Positions 11,724-25,699 are shown, numbered from the stretch's first letter. The stretch: 64,000 nt of DNA from Octopus sinensis (GCF_006345805.1 NC_043003.1:67208001-67272000); one strand, 5' to 3'. The notes: a model not told the origin generated them from the letters alone. Numbers and translations: made by a program.

Positions 11724-12022
11724 GTACTACCGAACTGATGAGAGCTGACTCTGTATAGTCAGGAGATCTGCATGCTTTTATTAATGTAGTCACCGTGGAT
11801 TTCGAAATCCATATTGGAAGACAGTTATTTAAAGGCTACGTTTCGTGTGAATCCCTCATGAACCACAAATATGATGACCACCGTCTTATTTGGGGCTGAT
11901 GAGAGATCCAAAATAACAACAGACATTAATTCATTGTCTACAGATACGGAGTTCGAAACCTAAGAAACTCTTAACTGAAAATAGACTATACTAGACTATA
12001 CTACTACTACTAATAATAATAG

Positions 12023-12053
<31 letters not shown>

Positions 12054-12060
12054 TATATAT

Positions 12061-12103
<43 letters not shown>

Positions 12104-12719
12104 TGTGTGTGTGTGTGTATGTGTGTGTGTGTGTGTGTGTGTATGTGTGTGTGTATGTTGTGTATACACAACCCATGTATATATCGTCATATTTGTCTTC
12201 GTTGTAGGTGTTCTCATCAAAGAGGTGGCCATGCCCACTTCTCTTCGACATTTTCTGATATGGATCCTGAAGAGATTGTGTAGTACTAAATTTGTTTGAA
12301 GTATTTGGCGTCATTATTATCAGAATATTCTATTTATAAACCGAACATATTTTGCGACGTAATCTATAAAATTTCGCTAGGGACGTAAGAAATGGCTTTC
12401 CAGAATGCCATTTATCTAACATGAAAACATTTATTTCCATTCGAAGGTGAAACTAAACCGTCATTTATATATTCTTACTAGAAATGGATCTTGATAGTTT
12501 TGCTTATTACAACAAACAATGTGACTATATGTACATTCGACTTTGCAACATCCAAATTGTTGCGTAATCTTGATAAAGCAGTCTTAGACAGAGCTACCTC
12601 CTAGCTTCGATTGTCGGTTTCTTTTAAGAGTGTCTATGGAAACATTAAGATAAATTAACTAAAATGAAGACAGTAATACCTGTGAATTATCTTTTGCCTT
12701 TTTTGTTTTTTGTCCTCTA

Positions 12720-13119
12720 TTTGTTTCAGTCATTATATTCCAGCCATGAATATGAAAATGTTAGTCTAATGTGTAGACCTCAGTCCTTTTTCTTAAAGCC
12801 TGATACATATTTTATCGGTCAGTTTTGCCGAACCACTAACTTACGCGGACGTGGACACACCAGCACCAGTTATCAAGTGGGGTGTGGGAGGAGGAAACAC
12901 AGACACAAAGGTGCACACCCTCACACACAGGTACACACACACACACATATACATATATACGATGGACTTCTGTTTTTGTCTACCAGATCCACTCACGAGG
13001 GTTTGGTCAGGTCGTGGCTAAAGTAAGCAACATTCACCCATGGTGCCACGCAGTGGGACTGAACGCCGAACTAGGTGGTTAGGAAGCAAGCTTCTTACCA
13101 GAAAGCTTCCCCTGTGCCT
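12720..13119 (-). mobile_element. SINE type A (diverged)
   Basis: gtgccacgcagtgggactgaac head and gtttcagtcatt tail on the + strand. Confidence 0.8.
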
Positions 13120-14355
13120 AAATTCAGCTGCTGTTTCTATCATTTCAAATAAATGTGCTGGCTGAAATCACGTTTTGATCGTGGATTATTGTTATTAATT
13201 TGTCAAATACCCTAAAGAAAGAGCTATATTTTCGTTATTTATTCTCTGAATATTTAATTTTCCGATGGAAAAATATTCTCCATCACACACTCTGCAAACA
13301 ATAAACTGAATATCACGAACGTTATAAATCTCAACAGTCTTTCTAAATATTTTGCCTCCAGGGCAAACAGCTAATTAAAGACACCAGCGATTAAATAAGA
13401 AATTATTAAAGAAATATTTACAGCATGTGGTTGTGCTACAATATGTGATGTTACTTCAAAGCGATAAGGTTTCAAAATATCTTTATATATGAAAATCTAA
13501 CAATGAGGTCGAGCACGGTTGTATTATAATTAGAAATGTTGTATATATATATATATAGCATAGAAAATATGAAAATATTTGCGTTTACTATAAACGATTT
13601 CAGTTGTAAAAAGAAATAAGTCCTTAAGAGATTTCAGTTTGCTGCCGATATTAAAACATGCAGGTGATCGTGAAATATCATGTAAACGGATTAAATTCAC
13701 ATGTTCAAGAATATCCGAATGGTAAAGGATTAGGGTGGCGCAGTAGAACAAAGAAAATATAAACGGACGATGAAAGAAGTCTTCCTTGGAATCCTGCAAC
13801 ATTACCAAAAAATCTTAAAAACGCTGTGACATCTAATGAGGGTTTACTGAAAGTCTAAAAGGACCTAATAACCACGCGATATTAAAGTTTCTTGTATGTA
13901 AATTAATCTTTGAGCGTGTTTCTGAAAAAGCTTCCACTGCTTTCGTGATGGGTACGTATACGTATGCGATTTCTGTGACATTACTTCCATTGAGCTTTTC
14001 AATGAAATTTATATTTAATATATTCTATGTAATTAATTTTCAGCTACTCACGGCATTATAACATTATGTATATACTGCATTTAATCAGTTCTTATTCATA
14101 AAGGTCCACTTATTCGCAACCGGTACTTTACACTACACACACACACACTTATGTGTATGTGTTTGTGTATATGTGAGTAGCTAGACAAGTAGGTAGATAT
14201 CTACATAGATAGATACACATATCTATGTACGTATTCATAATCTCTATATTTATATATATATATATATTTATATATATATACATATATAAATATATATATA
14301 AACATATATAAACATACACACATACATACACACATATATACACATACACACATGC

Positions 14356-14402
<47 letters not shown>

Positions 14403-14427
14403 TATATACACACACACACACACACGC

Positions 14428-14458
<31 letters not shown>

Positions 14459-15477
14459 TAGATAGATTGTGGACGCCCACAATATTTTACTCTTAATTTT
14501 ATAATTACGTAAAGATTTTCCTTGATTACACCATTTCTGTATGTGTGCGTATCATCGTCATTAATTAATATTTTCCCTCACCCACTGAGCCGGCACATAC
14601 ACGTTCAATCCATCATCAACACCGCCATAACTAACTGATACATTGCCGTTAGACACGCTGTCATCGGATACTCCATCTATAGCAAATACCCCCACCGCCA
14701 TCTTTTGCGAAAACCATGTCACATTCACATTTTATAGCTCTACATTTTCATGTTCTAAATCTTCATATCCCCTGCCATTTGTATTTTTCTATGTATGACG
14801 CTTTAAGACTGCGGTGGTCGATTTTAATCCGAGTTCTCTTTTTCGATATTCAACTTTCAATCTTGTCCTTATGGGTGGCCCTAATGAAGAATGATGTATA
14901 AGATAAACATAAAAGCAAGAATATTGCACTGCCAATACAAACCTTAATGAAGCTGGTATAATACTATGCTAGTAAAACGAAATATTGTGTACTGCTCAGC
15001 TATTAATATACACGTAGCAATTGCTGCATGGCATGTATTTAATATGTAAATTGATCTATCCATCCGTGTTACATCCTCCAAACTAGGGAATATCTGAGTA
15101 ATGTATTCGTGGATATGTGAGATTTTACATATAGTGCTGATGAAAGAGCAATAACTCTTGAAATATGAATATACACTTATTATTATTTTCTATCTCGATT
15201 GCATATTTTATATAAACATATTCGTTAATGAAATGTCGCAACTTGCGGTGGTGGCTCCGAATTCTATAGAAAATATTTAACGATGCGCTTAAAAGTAACG
15301 TGTGAGTGTGTACACGCGCGCTTGCGTGTGCTTGTGTATGTGGGGGGTGTTTATGTGTGTGTGCAGTTTGTCCCCCAAAGTGCATATAAGCAGTGAATTA
15401 TTATAAAGTTATTGTTTATTAAATTGCATCGCTTTTTTCAAAATTCATTAGAATCTTGCTTTTTCGGCGATCTTTGA

Positions 15478-15645
15478 AAGCGATCTCTCGTTTGTGCCTT
15501 CGAGGCGATCTTCCGTTTGCACCTTCGTGTCAACCTCTCGTTCGCGCCTTCGAAGCGATCTTTCGTTTGCGCCTTCGAGGCGATCTCACGTTTGCACCTT
15601 CGAGGCAACTTTTCGTTTGCGTATTCCAAGCGATCTATCGTTTTG
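15478..15645. repeat. 25-bp minisatellite (about 6.7 units) with 75-bp higher-order period
   Basis: Units start at 15478, 15503, 15528, 15553, 15578, 15603 and 15628; consensus roughly ARGCGATCTNTCGTTTGCRCCTTCG. Confidence 0.9.
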
Positions 15646-15779
15646 TCTCATAAAACGAAAGATTGCCGAATCCCCTAACAGAATGTACATATGACCACCT
15701 TGTTTTCAGACCTTTCTACTTTAGGCATTGTCAATAAAGCGAAGTAATAACCGGCAAATATCAATAAATATTTTGTTCG

Positions 15780-16560
15780 GTTTTTAAATGGCTAATCTCA
15801 ATTCTACGACCGTTGCCATTTTTGCACAGTGAACTTTCTGTAAGTTCATAAAAACAACGTAATAGTGTGAGACCTGGTGAACGCGGACGGTATTGATCAT
15901 CATTTTCCAATATAGCTGTTTGACAATATCTCATTAAGATGGTCCTTAATTAACAAACCTATGGCAGTGAGATGCAGTCCCACTTTGCCAGAAATAAAAC
16001 TCGATATCTTCAATGACCTTTTCAATAATTAACATGAAAGATTGCTGCAGCAAGATAAAGTAAATGGGATCGGTCATATCACTATCAAAAAGCAAATGCT
16101 CTAATTAATTCATATGATGTCCCTCCATTATATGCGGATCCTCAGGTCGCTAGTTGGTACGCTTGTGTCGATTATTTAAGCTATTTAATTGAAATATAGC
16201 ATTATTACTTGAAACTATTTTTGTTGAAAACTATGCATCATCTAACATTTTGCCAAGTACCACACGAAAAACTCCACTCACCGAGAGTTTAAACTATTTT
16301 GGAATATATTTTCAAATGAGGGCGCTTCCAAATTCGACGGACGTTTGATTTTGAATTTCTGTGAATCGACTCGCTTAACACATTGGGGTCGACGATGTTT
16401 GCGGTTTTACTGAACGGTCTCGTGGATATTTTGAACAGTTCCATCGGGTTCAAACGTATCTCAAATTTGACTATGTTTTTCAAAATTTCCGTAGTATTTT
16501 CGTATAAATTTCCTTTCTTCAAAGCTTCATCTGGCAAACTTCTTGATTTCTAATGTGTCT
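15780..16560 (-). mobile_element. Decayed IS630-Tc1-mariner superfamily transposase
   Basis: Minus-strand remnants FWQSGTASH (FQQDGA.AH-like), HLNEILSNSYIG, PRSPGLTLL (WPPRSPDLTP-like), EDPH, and an HTH-like segment in ORF 16289-16537. Confidence 0.6.
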
Positions 16561-16734
16561 ACTCTAGAATAACATGAGAATTAAGTGATTTTATCAGCTT
16601 TTAAAATGTGTAGACATTTATTAGGGTAACCTGATTATGTCTGTATATTAGGGTAACCTGATTATGTGTGTATATATGTGTGTATATATATATGTGCGTA
16701 TATGAATATGTATGTGTATATCTCTACGTGCATG

Positions 16735-16785
<51 letters not shown>

Positions 16786-16809
16786 CAGACTCTGTGATAC
16801 ACACCACAA

Positions 16810-16849
<40 letters not shown>

Positions 16850-17318
16850 AAGGAGAGAAAGAGAGAGAAAAAGGACTATATGAACGATCTCTGTCTACCT
16901 ATATTTCTATTTCCTTATTCCTGATCATTTCATGTCTGATAACGAATTAAATTTGTTTCAATAATTTGATAAAACTAGTCTTTTTACGCGTGCTGATACA
17001 TTGAAGCAGCTGCTCTTATAGAAATACACACTTAGATGAGATAATATCCGATGTACAGCTGAGAACATTAATACTAAAGCGAATAAATCTGTCTAGCACT
17101 TGTTTCATTTTACACTGTAACGAAAAACAATTTCCTTTCTTTTGTTCTGAAAATAGAAAATTAAGCGAAATACCTTTTAAATATCCATTTCGATTAATAG
17201 GTTTATTGGATGTAACATATACCTTTCTATTCTGTGTAACATATGGAGTATGGCCAAGATAACAATATATTTCTTTCACCAAATTACAATATATGTGAAT
17301 ATATATCTATGTATATAT

Positions 17319-17374
<56 letters not shown>

Positions 17375-17729
17375 TATATATAAATTGTTGAGTAGTGTAA
17401 TCAACTTAAATGATATCAGCAAATGGCTTATGATTATTTTATCGTCTGTAGAAACTTAAGATATAGCGTATAAAGCGTCCGAACGGGATTTGAAGGAGAT
17501 GAAATAATGGCCGAGATTTACATTATACATAGGTATATAACTACTTTAGTACATAAATATAAATACATACCAACGTAGTACCTAAGTACATACATATATA
17601 TATACACCTTTACACAAAAATTCAAATACCTATATATGTATACATATATAAGTGTGTGCGTATATATACATACGTATGTATGTTTATGTATATATATATA
17701 TATGTATATATATACATCCATATATATAC

Positions 17730-17839
<110 letters not shown>

Positions 17840-18383
17840 GTTTGCGTGTGTAGACTGATAGATAGTTCAGTAAAACGCCATCAGTAACTACCGCAGGATC
17901 AGGTGAAGGGTGTCATCGGAATTTCTCAGCTTGAACTTTGCACACAGCTGGTGAAAGGCTGATGACCGTTTTTCACAACATCTGCACGTAATCGTGCAGT
18001 GTCCTTTCACAACAAAACAGCCCTTTTTAGGATGACACTGGCTTTCTCCTATGGAGGAGGGACCGAGATGGTGCGAACTAAAAAGTGATTACTCGCATTG
18101 CTCCTTGTTATTACGTGCAAAAGAATGGCATCCAAAACTGCTCCATAAGATTAAGCAAATCGAAAAATCAACCACAGAAAAACAGCCATATATATGGTGG
18201 TTGTCTGCTCCTTATGCAGATGCCAAACACCATCTGTATCTACACCTCAGATCCATCGTAGCGTCTGATGTGGTTTTTTAGAACCAGACGAAGCCTTGAA
18301 AAGACACAAATTGATTTTATCTGATTGGACCACCGAGATCTGTGGTTAAATTCTGTTCTTTGTGAATCTCAAAATGTCTGTTT

Positions 18384-18453
<70 letters not shown>

Positions 18454-18458
<5 letters not shown>

Positions 18459-18650
18459 ATCCAAACGTGAAAACACAAAGAGAAAACACAACAACGCGAG
18501 GACGTGGAACAAATATAGTATTATTGGACGCTCAGGAAGGAATGTTTCGAGCGGAACTCTTTGTCAGAAACATAGGAAACGGAAAGGTCCAGAGAAGGGA
18601 AGACGGAGGAAAACAAATCGCCAACGGTACACACGCGGTCACAGTCATGT
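18454..18650 (-). mobile_element. Short (TA)n-adjacent element with degenerate hammerhead
   Basis: Minus strand CTGACAA-a-gagttccgctc-GAAA-c at 18541-18570; layout similar to 19000-19168 and 53687-53931. Confidence 0.5.
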
Positions 18651-18907
18651 TGTGTGTGGAGTTAATGAATAAATTATATATAAATTCCACACACAACATG
18701 GAGAAAAAAATTATTCTTAAGAAAATACGTAAGTAAAATAATTTTCAGTTTATGATTAGCGAAACCAGTCGACAACCATAATGTAAAGTATATTTTGAAG
18801 ATATATTAAAACTATGTAAGGTGTGTCCATTTTCCTTCTTTAGTTTCTTATATACACACACAGACACACACATATATATATATATATATATACACATACA
18901 CACACAC

Positions 18908-18969
<62 letters not shown>

Positions 18970-18999
18970 TATGTATCTATATATGTATGTATATATATA

Positions 19000-19168
19000 G
19001 TTGGAATTTATAAAAAAAAGCTAAACAAAATGGAAGACAAAACGGGTGTGTAATCAACAAACATATATGTATTAGTATAACGCTCGGAAAGTAAGAAAGT
19101 CTTGTACGTTTCGAGCCTAGACTCTTCAACAGAAAGGAAAGCAGAAATAAGCAGAGAGAAAAGAAAGT
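19000..19168 (-). mobile_element. Short (TA)n-embedded element with minimal hammerhead-like motif
   Basis: Minus strand cttt-CTGTTGA-a-gagtctaggctc-GAAA-cg-TA-caag at 19101-19136; clear homology to 53687-53840. Confidence 0.6.
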
Positions 19169-19189
19169 ATATATATACATACATACATT

Positions 19190-19280
<91 letters not shown>

Positions 19281-19307
19281 TATATGCTTATGTATATATA
19301 TAATATA

Positions 19308-19349
<42 letters not shown>

Positions 19350-20092
19350 TATTATATATATATACACATATACACACACATATACATGCATATGCACGTT
19401 TATATATTCACATGTATCTGTGCTTGCGTGTTTGTGTGTATGAGTGTATTTTTATCCATACTGCACAGTGCATCTGCTGTCTTGCTTTGCGCTTGGATAG
19501 CATCCCGGTTCTTTCCCAGGTGGACTGTTTGCTGGACGTGTATTCAACCTTTACTTGTTTTTGTTAATCTTTTTCTCTGTAAGGTAACATGCAATTTCTT
19601 TCATATACAAATATCCCAAACTTCATCCAGGATAAGAAATTAAAGCACATAAATGACTAAAAGATTTAATGTCAAATTTTTTATCCAAGAACATTTGTAG
19701 AAATGCAATTGTAAATCAGAATCAATATTCCACATGTTTCGTTTGGTACTTCTGTAGTACTAGTTATCATATATTTGAATTCCAATTTATTTCAAGATAT
19801 ACACATCATAAATTGTCGTAATAGACAAATATAAAATAAATCAATTGTTTTTCCATCAACACCAACATCTCTGAGGTAAAGCCAAAACTGCAGGTAGGCT
19901 TTCACGTACATAAAACCAATACCTTCATACGAAACTGCCAGAAAGGAACAGGCAGGAATGTAACATCCATAGGAAGAGAACGTGAACTATAGGATCAAGG
20001 GAAGTTACATGCCCTTGCTAAGATCGAGAAATGTATCAACTCAGTCACCCTGGAATAAAATCATACCAAGGGAAAGATGGAATATTCCTACA

Positions 20093-20475
20093 TCTCTCTA
20101 TATATAAACGGCAGTTTGTCTGTGCGTTTTCTGTGTGTCTGTTTTCTCGTACCCTCACTCTGACCACGGCTTTCAACCGATTATGATGAAACTTGACACA
20201 CACATAGCCCAATGTCATAATTCAAAACTAACGTAGCGAAAATTTTGAAAAGTTCCCCCAGTTCTGAAAAAAATCGATAAATTCGACATGGGGTCGAGAA
20301 TCAGAAACCCAAACCACAGACCGTCTAGGGGACGCAACTCCACCTTTTTTAACTCTCAAAAAAATTTACCATAATTTTTTTTCCATTTTTTTGCTATTTT
20401 TTGGCTATAACTCTCTAAAAATGCTTTATAGTTATTTCCCTTACAAACCTGAGCAACGCCGGGCGATACTGCTAG
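20093..20475 (+). mobile_element. Complete non-autonomous Helitron
   Basis: A|TC 5' end (tctctctatatataaa), 3' GC hairpin cctgagcaacgccggg shortly before the CTAG|T end, inserted at an AT site without TSD. Confidence 0.85.
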
Positions 20476-22199
20476 TAATGCTATAATTTTCAATAAATTG
20501 TCAAAATAATGACGGCATCATGCGCGAAGAGATATGTGGATATCTTCCTTCAAGGCTAAACATCTAGAGGAAGTTTTGATTCTTGCCATACTTATGAATG
20601 ATATAAAATACTATTTTCTTTTCAGATACATTTAAGTCTCCTCCAAAATTATATAATACGATAGCTATATGAGCTACAGTGTTTTATAATATCAATATAG
20701 TGTTTGAGACTGGAAACATTCCAATGACTTCTGCAATCGAAACAGCCTCAACTGTTCAGCAGAGATTTATAACGAAATAAAACTGCAATAAACATATTAC
20801 GAAGATAAGTGTATAGATATCTAAAATCGTATGTTCAATACAGGATGAAACCCATAAAGAATTAGAAGAAATATGTTTGCTAACCGCACATATTGAAACA
20901 GAAGCATTAAAGATACAATTTTCAGACATATATTGACCAAACACTACAAATGTATCTATAAAAAGAAGGAATTGATGGAATAGACACAAATAACTCTTAT
21001 AAACTACAGCTATATACTAGAGCTTTGGTATAAATTGAATGTTAAAGTGAAATCTTAAAGAACCAAAAAAAAAAAAAAACTAGAAACATTTGAACGGATA
21101 TATTTACTTGCTCGAATGGAAGAAAGTTTAGGGAAAGTATTACAATGTAAAAACAAGGGAATCAAAAATCAACCTAGAACAATGCAAAGGGAAACTTTAT
21201 AAGTGTAAGAATGGAGCATCAAGATATGCGTTTTCATAGAAAAAACAATAAAGCACAAAGTGGAAGTTCATTACAGTGAAGAAAATACTTCCAATATGGC
21301 TACAACTTTAGAAAGGAAAGAAAAACTAAAAGAATACAGCATTCCAAAACATAGGGAGAATATAAAGATATAGCAGAGTGGAAGCCAATACGCGAAAGCT
21401 AACAATGACAACAAAATATCTGTAATATAGGAGAAAAAGAAGTGAATTTAGACTCATAGTAAAAAACCCAAAATCAAAATATAAGGAAGAGTCTGACGTT
21501 ACGTATAGAGTATGGAAAGAGTTTAGAGAAAAGATTAAACATAGAATGGTTGATCGTTTCAATATGTTCACTCGAGATTAGGGCTTCCCACTCCCTTGAA
21601 AAGTAAATACTATATCTAATGTATATGGCGTCAAGTGACAAATCTTCGACAGGTAACTTAAATTAAGTTGTTTATATACATTTAATGCACAGTGCATTAC
21701 AACGATCGGGCAAGAATTGATATGGGATATATCTGAGTAATATGACAATAAAATTAAAAGGAGCTTTCCAAATATTATTATCACGAAAGTATTCGAGAAG
21801 CTATCAAAATACGAGGTTATAGAAATAGAAATAAACACAACGTAAGGTATAATATGTGGAAAAGGTGCGGATAATAGTGTGCCACTAAACAATTCAAACA
21901 GGAACAGGTATGATCAGGTATGGGAGTCATGCATTGTTGCAGCGTTGCAGCGCGTCGCTGCATCCGCCGTTTGTTGATAATTCCCTACTCATAACGGTTG
22001 ATACCTTTGCAGTACCCAGCTGACAATCCTCCAACCTTCGAGTCTGTTAGGGCAGTCGTTGCCCCAACTCCTTTTAGTCGCGTTTTCTGACACACAGAGG
22101 AAACGTTGGATTTATTCTATGATATGCCGGCCCACACACATCATGAGCCCAATAGCTATAAAACAAAAACATAACAAACTTTAGATCTCCAAACGCAGC

Positions 22200-22420
22200 C
22201 CAAAAGTATAAATGCCAAGTCAACAACCTATAGAGGATAAATTTCATTCAATGGCTCAAACAACAGTAATATCTCGTAGCCCTCACATATTCAATTTCTA
22301 CCTAATTATAGAACAAAGATATAAAGCATAGACACTATTCAGTCATCTATTCAGAAATAAAACAACATATTTTTAGATAACCGACATCCGACTGTCTAGC
22401 ACATCACTCTCTTAACCAGA
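22200..22420 (+). mobile_element. Very old CR1/L2-group LINE 3' remnant
   Basis: RSPHIFN.LP resembles the GPQLFNILP motif of the younger LINEs here; otherwise decayed. Confidence 0.3.
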
Positions 22421-24480
22421 AGCTCACAAAACTCATATTTTATTACCTAACTATATATTACAGCACACACAGAACAAAATCTGCACAATTATCGGTTCGG
22501 TATTAATATACAATAAAGAACGAACGCAACACATACGAAGCACAATCATAGTCCAACAAAATAATAGAAATTAACACGAAGGAAAGAAGTAAACAAAAAA
22601 TGTAAAGGCAATTAAATATACAAATGTGCCTCTGCACGAGATATCCATCGACAGACTCTAATGAAGTAGATAAGAAAAAACGTAAATGTACAACGTGTGA
22701 CGTTTCTGATTACACAATCAATAGCTTTCTTTCCGACAGCATATTGCGAAGGATAAGCGCATTCACAAATTCGCATGCACACCGCCATACACTCAATGGT
22801 TATGAATATATGTGCGTGTGCATGTGTGTTTGTGTGTAAGCATATATGTAACTATCTATCTATGTATATATACACCATTTTTTCTTTCCTTTCTTTCACT
22901 TCCTCTTTCTCTTCTTGTCTATATATAATATATATATATAAATATAATATACATAATATATTTGTCTGTAAGCATGTATATATATATATGCATGTATGTA
23001 TATATATATGTATATATATATGCATGTATTCGTATATGTATATATACATATGTATATCTATATCTATGTATGAATACGTATATATATCTATGCATATATG
23101 TATATATGTATATATATATATATTAATATATATATATATGCATATTTGTATATATGTATGTATATATGTTTATATATATATGTATATATATACACATACA
23201 CATACACACACAAACACACACATATACATGATGTGTGTGCGTGTAATGGAATAAAGGCGTTCGTATTCTTCAAATTTTCAAGCATTATGTAATAACCACA
23301 AACGGGGAGTATATTCTAACAACAGATTCGAGAGATATAGAGGATGAGGAATTGTGCATGATTTGGGGATTAAACTTAATCCTCTAGATATTATTATGAA
23401 AGAGAACCACGAAACAAAATCTCTCTTTAATGACATAGCAATTTTAATATGACACACACATACACACACACTCAAAGAGACTCGCACATACTAAATACAA
23501 TCGCACTCACGCATGCTCCCACATCTACGCCTTACGCACTCAAACATGCATATGAATAACATCCGCCCTACCTTCTATAAACGTTTCAAGGCATTGAAAT
23601 ACAATATTCGCTAAGTTCAGAGACTTGCTAACACTGATAACAAGAAACTGGGAATCGTAAGCATAACCAGAAATAGTTTACGAATTAATAGTTATGGGCA
23701 AACGATATAAAAATGGAGGCTAATGAATATGCGGAAAAAACAACAACTAAGGATTTACAGATGTATCGATTAATTAGTAGCTCTAGGAGACACTATGTAC
23801 ATATGACATATATAACATACATTATATATAAAATTTCGGAACAAAAGAGATTCGTACATACAGAATTACTCCATGTTAACTAGTTGCAACACACACACAC
23901 ACAGACGCACAAACAAATACACACACATATATACTTACGCGAACACATATACCTTCTGTCCTTTTCTTGATCTCACACTAAAACTTTCTTAATGTATTGC
24001 ATACCTCTCAACTAACAGATTCTGAACAGATTTGCACATAAAAAAAAACTACTTACTACTACTATGAATATTGTTTTCAATTTTTTGTTCACAATTTTCA
24101 CAGCCTCCACATTCCTCTTGTCTTTATTTTTGCTTCATAGTGGCGCAGCTCCCATCTTCCTCTCGTCTAGCTTTCCCGCATGGACATTGTTGTATCATAT
24201 CCAAGCAACGACACTTCACACTCCCACAAAGCTAAACCTCCACAGTCGCACACTACAATTCCCATATATATATACAATCCCCTCCGAAAACACACACCGC
24301 ATATCTGTATGATTATGTCCTAAAACAGATACATTCCTATACAGGTACATTAGCTTTCGTCCCCTATTCCCTTTGAACGCAACTCTTTTTTTAGAAACTC
24401 ATTTCTATCTAGATCCTAATTCCTCGGCGCAAGTTTTCGTTACCGATTTTCCTCTTTTTGACACGTCTATGCTTCCTCTT

Positions 24481-24516
24481 TCTTCTGATGAATAACTAAT
24501 CTCCGAAACGTCAAGA
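24481..24516 (+). ncRNA. Minimal type I hammerhead (PLE-type)
   Basis: tctt-CTGATGA-ataactaatctcc-GAAA-cg-TC-aaga: core boxes intact, stem I tctt/aaga, stem II decayed. Confidence 0.55.
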
Positions 24517-24869
24517 GCAATATCTTTCTTTTTTAAGACTTTGCCTAATGTAATGCTTGATAAGATTCTCCATTCTTGTCTATTTACTTTTACTTTTTGT
24601 TCTTGCCTTCAAAATAATGTAAATCTGGATTGTCAACGATTTAACAGGTTATTAAAATAAAGGAAATATTAATGAAAGCAGGCGGTCAAATCTAGAACTG
24701 ATGTCATGATACTTGTATGAAATCAGCTTTGACCTATGACTAAACACCATCAAGGACTACATGAAATCGGGACAGCAACAATTGTCTGGCAAGAGTAACA
24801 AAACATCTTTTCCAGCAGAAAACTTTAAAAACAATGAGCAACTGTCTCCACTGTGTACTACAGTAGACG

Positions 24870-25040
24870 AAATAGAGTGTAATAGAGTGGAGAATACCAT
24901 TGCTTATATTAGGAACAAATACCCTAGACATGCCCAAAACCACTACAAGTTGTGGCGATACAATGAGGTAGTGAAAGTACTACACTGGAAACTGTGAAAA
25001 TAGTGGGGGTTAGAGAGAGGCAACAAGTGGTTTAGGCACA
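24870..25040 (+). mobile_element. R4/Dong-type retrotransposon fragment (zinc-knuckle region)
   Basis: NTIAYI...PRHAQNHYKLWRYNEVVKVLHWKL matches LAQKEYKRRHDKVALKLHW at 33145-33450. Confidence 0.6.
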
Positions 25041-25699
25041 ATATGTGCAAAACCTGAGTATCTCCTACAGGTTCTAAGTGGGGAAAAACATCTCTGATGT
25101 GTATTTCACCTTTGTGCATGTGGTTGTTGGGGTAAAATTGATGATGGCAATGATGGTGATGGTGGTTATGATGACGATCCTCCTGCTGATGGTATTACTT
25201 TCAAGGTAGCAAAAATGTATAAAACGATTAAAATAATTCTCAAATCAATGGAGAACTTCAGATTTATAGCTAAACGCCATGATCCAGACTAAAGTCGTGA
25301 ACAAGCGTTGTAACGAATGATTTTATTAATACAGACTGTTTGTGAATTGCTTTAATCTATTATATTGCTATTCTTAAAGATATATTCAATTTGTCAGAAA
25401 ATGAAATTGAACGAAAATCTTATTCTCTATTTTGTTATACTATCAATTTTAGTTTACTGTCAATTTTGGTAAATATAAATTACAACATTTTATGTTATCT
25501 TAATGAATAGAATTAGATATATGTGCATATGAATGAATACGTAAATATGTATGATTGCATAATAATTGGTATTTTCACTCTATCTGCCAATCTATCTATC
25601 TCTGTCTATCTATTTGTCTGTCTATTTATCTACCTGTCTATCTGTCTAACCAAACATATATCTAAAAGAATATATATATATATGTATATATATATAAAG

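Noticed and set aside
11735-11762. ctgatgagagctgactc...tagtc as a hammerhead
   Set aside because: GAAA box absent and no stem I.
15478-15645. CRISPR-like array, or 25-aa repeat protein ORFs 15438-15694
   Set aside because: Units are contiguous with no unique spacers, there are no cas genes and the context is eukaryotic; the ORFs are a by-product of the 75-bp period.
16619-16675. 28-bp tandem duplication containing ttaggg
   Set aside because: Only two isolated TTAGGG hexamers; a simple local duplication, not a telomeric array.
20480-21900. A-rich region possibly an old LINE ORF
   Set aside because: No diagnostic motifs recovered.
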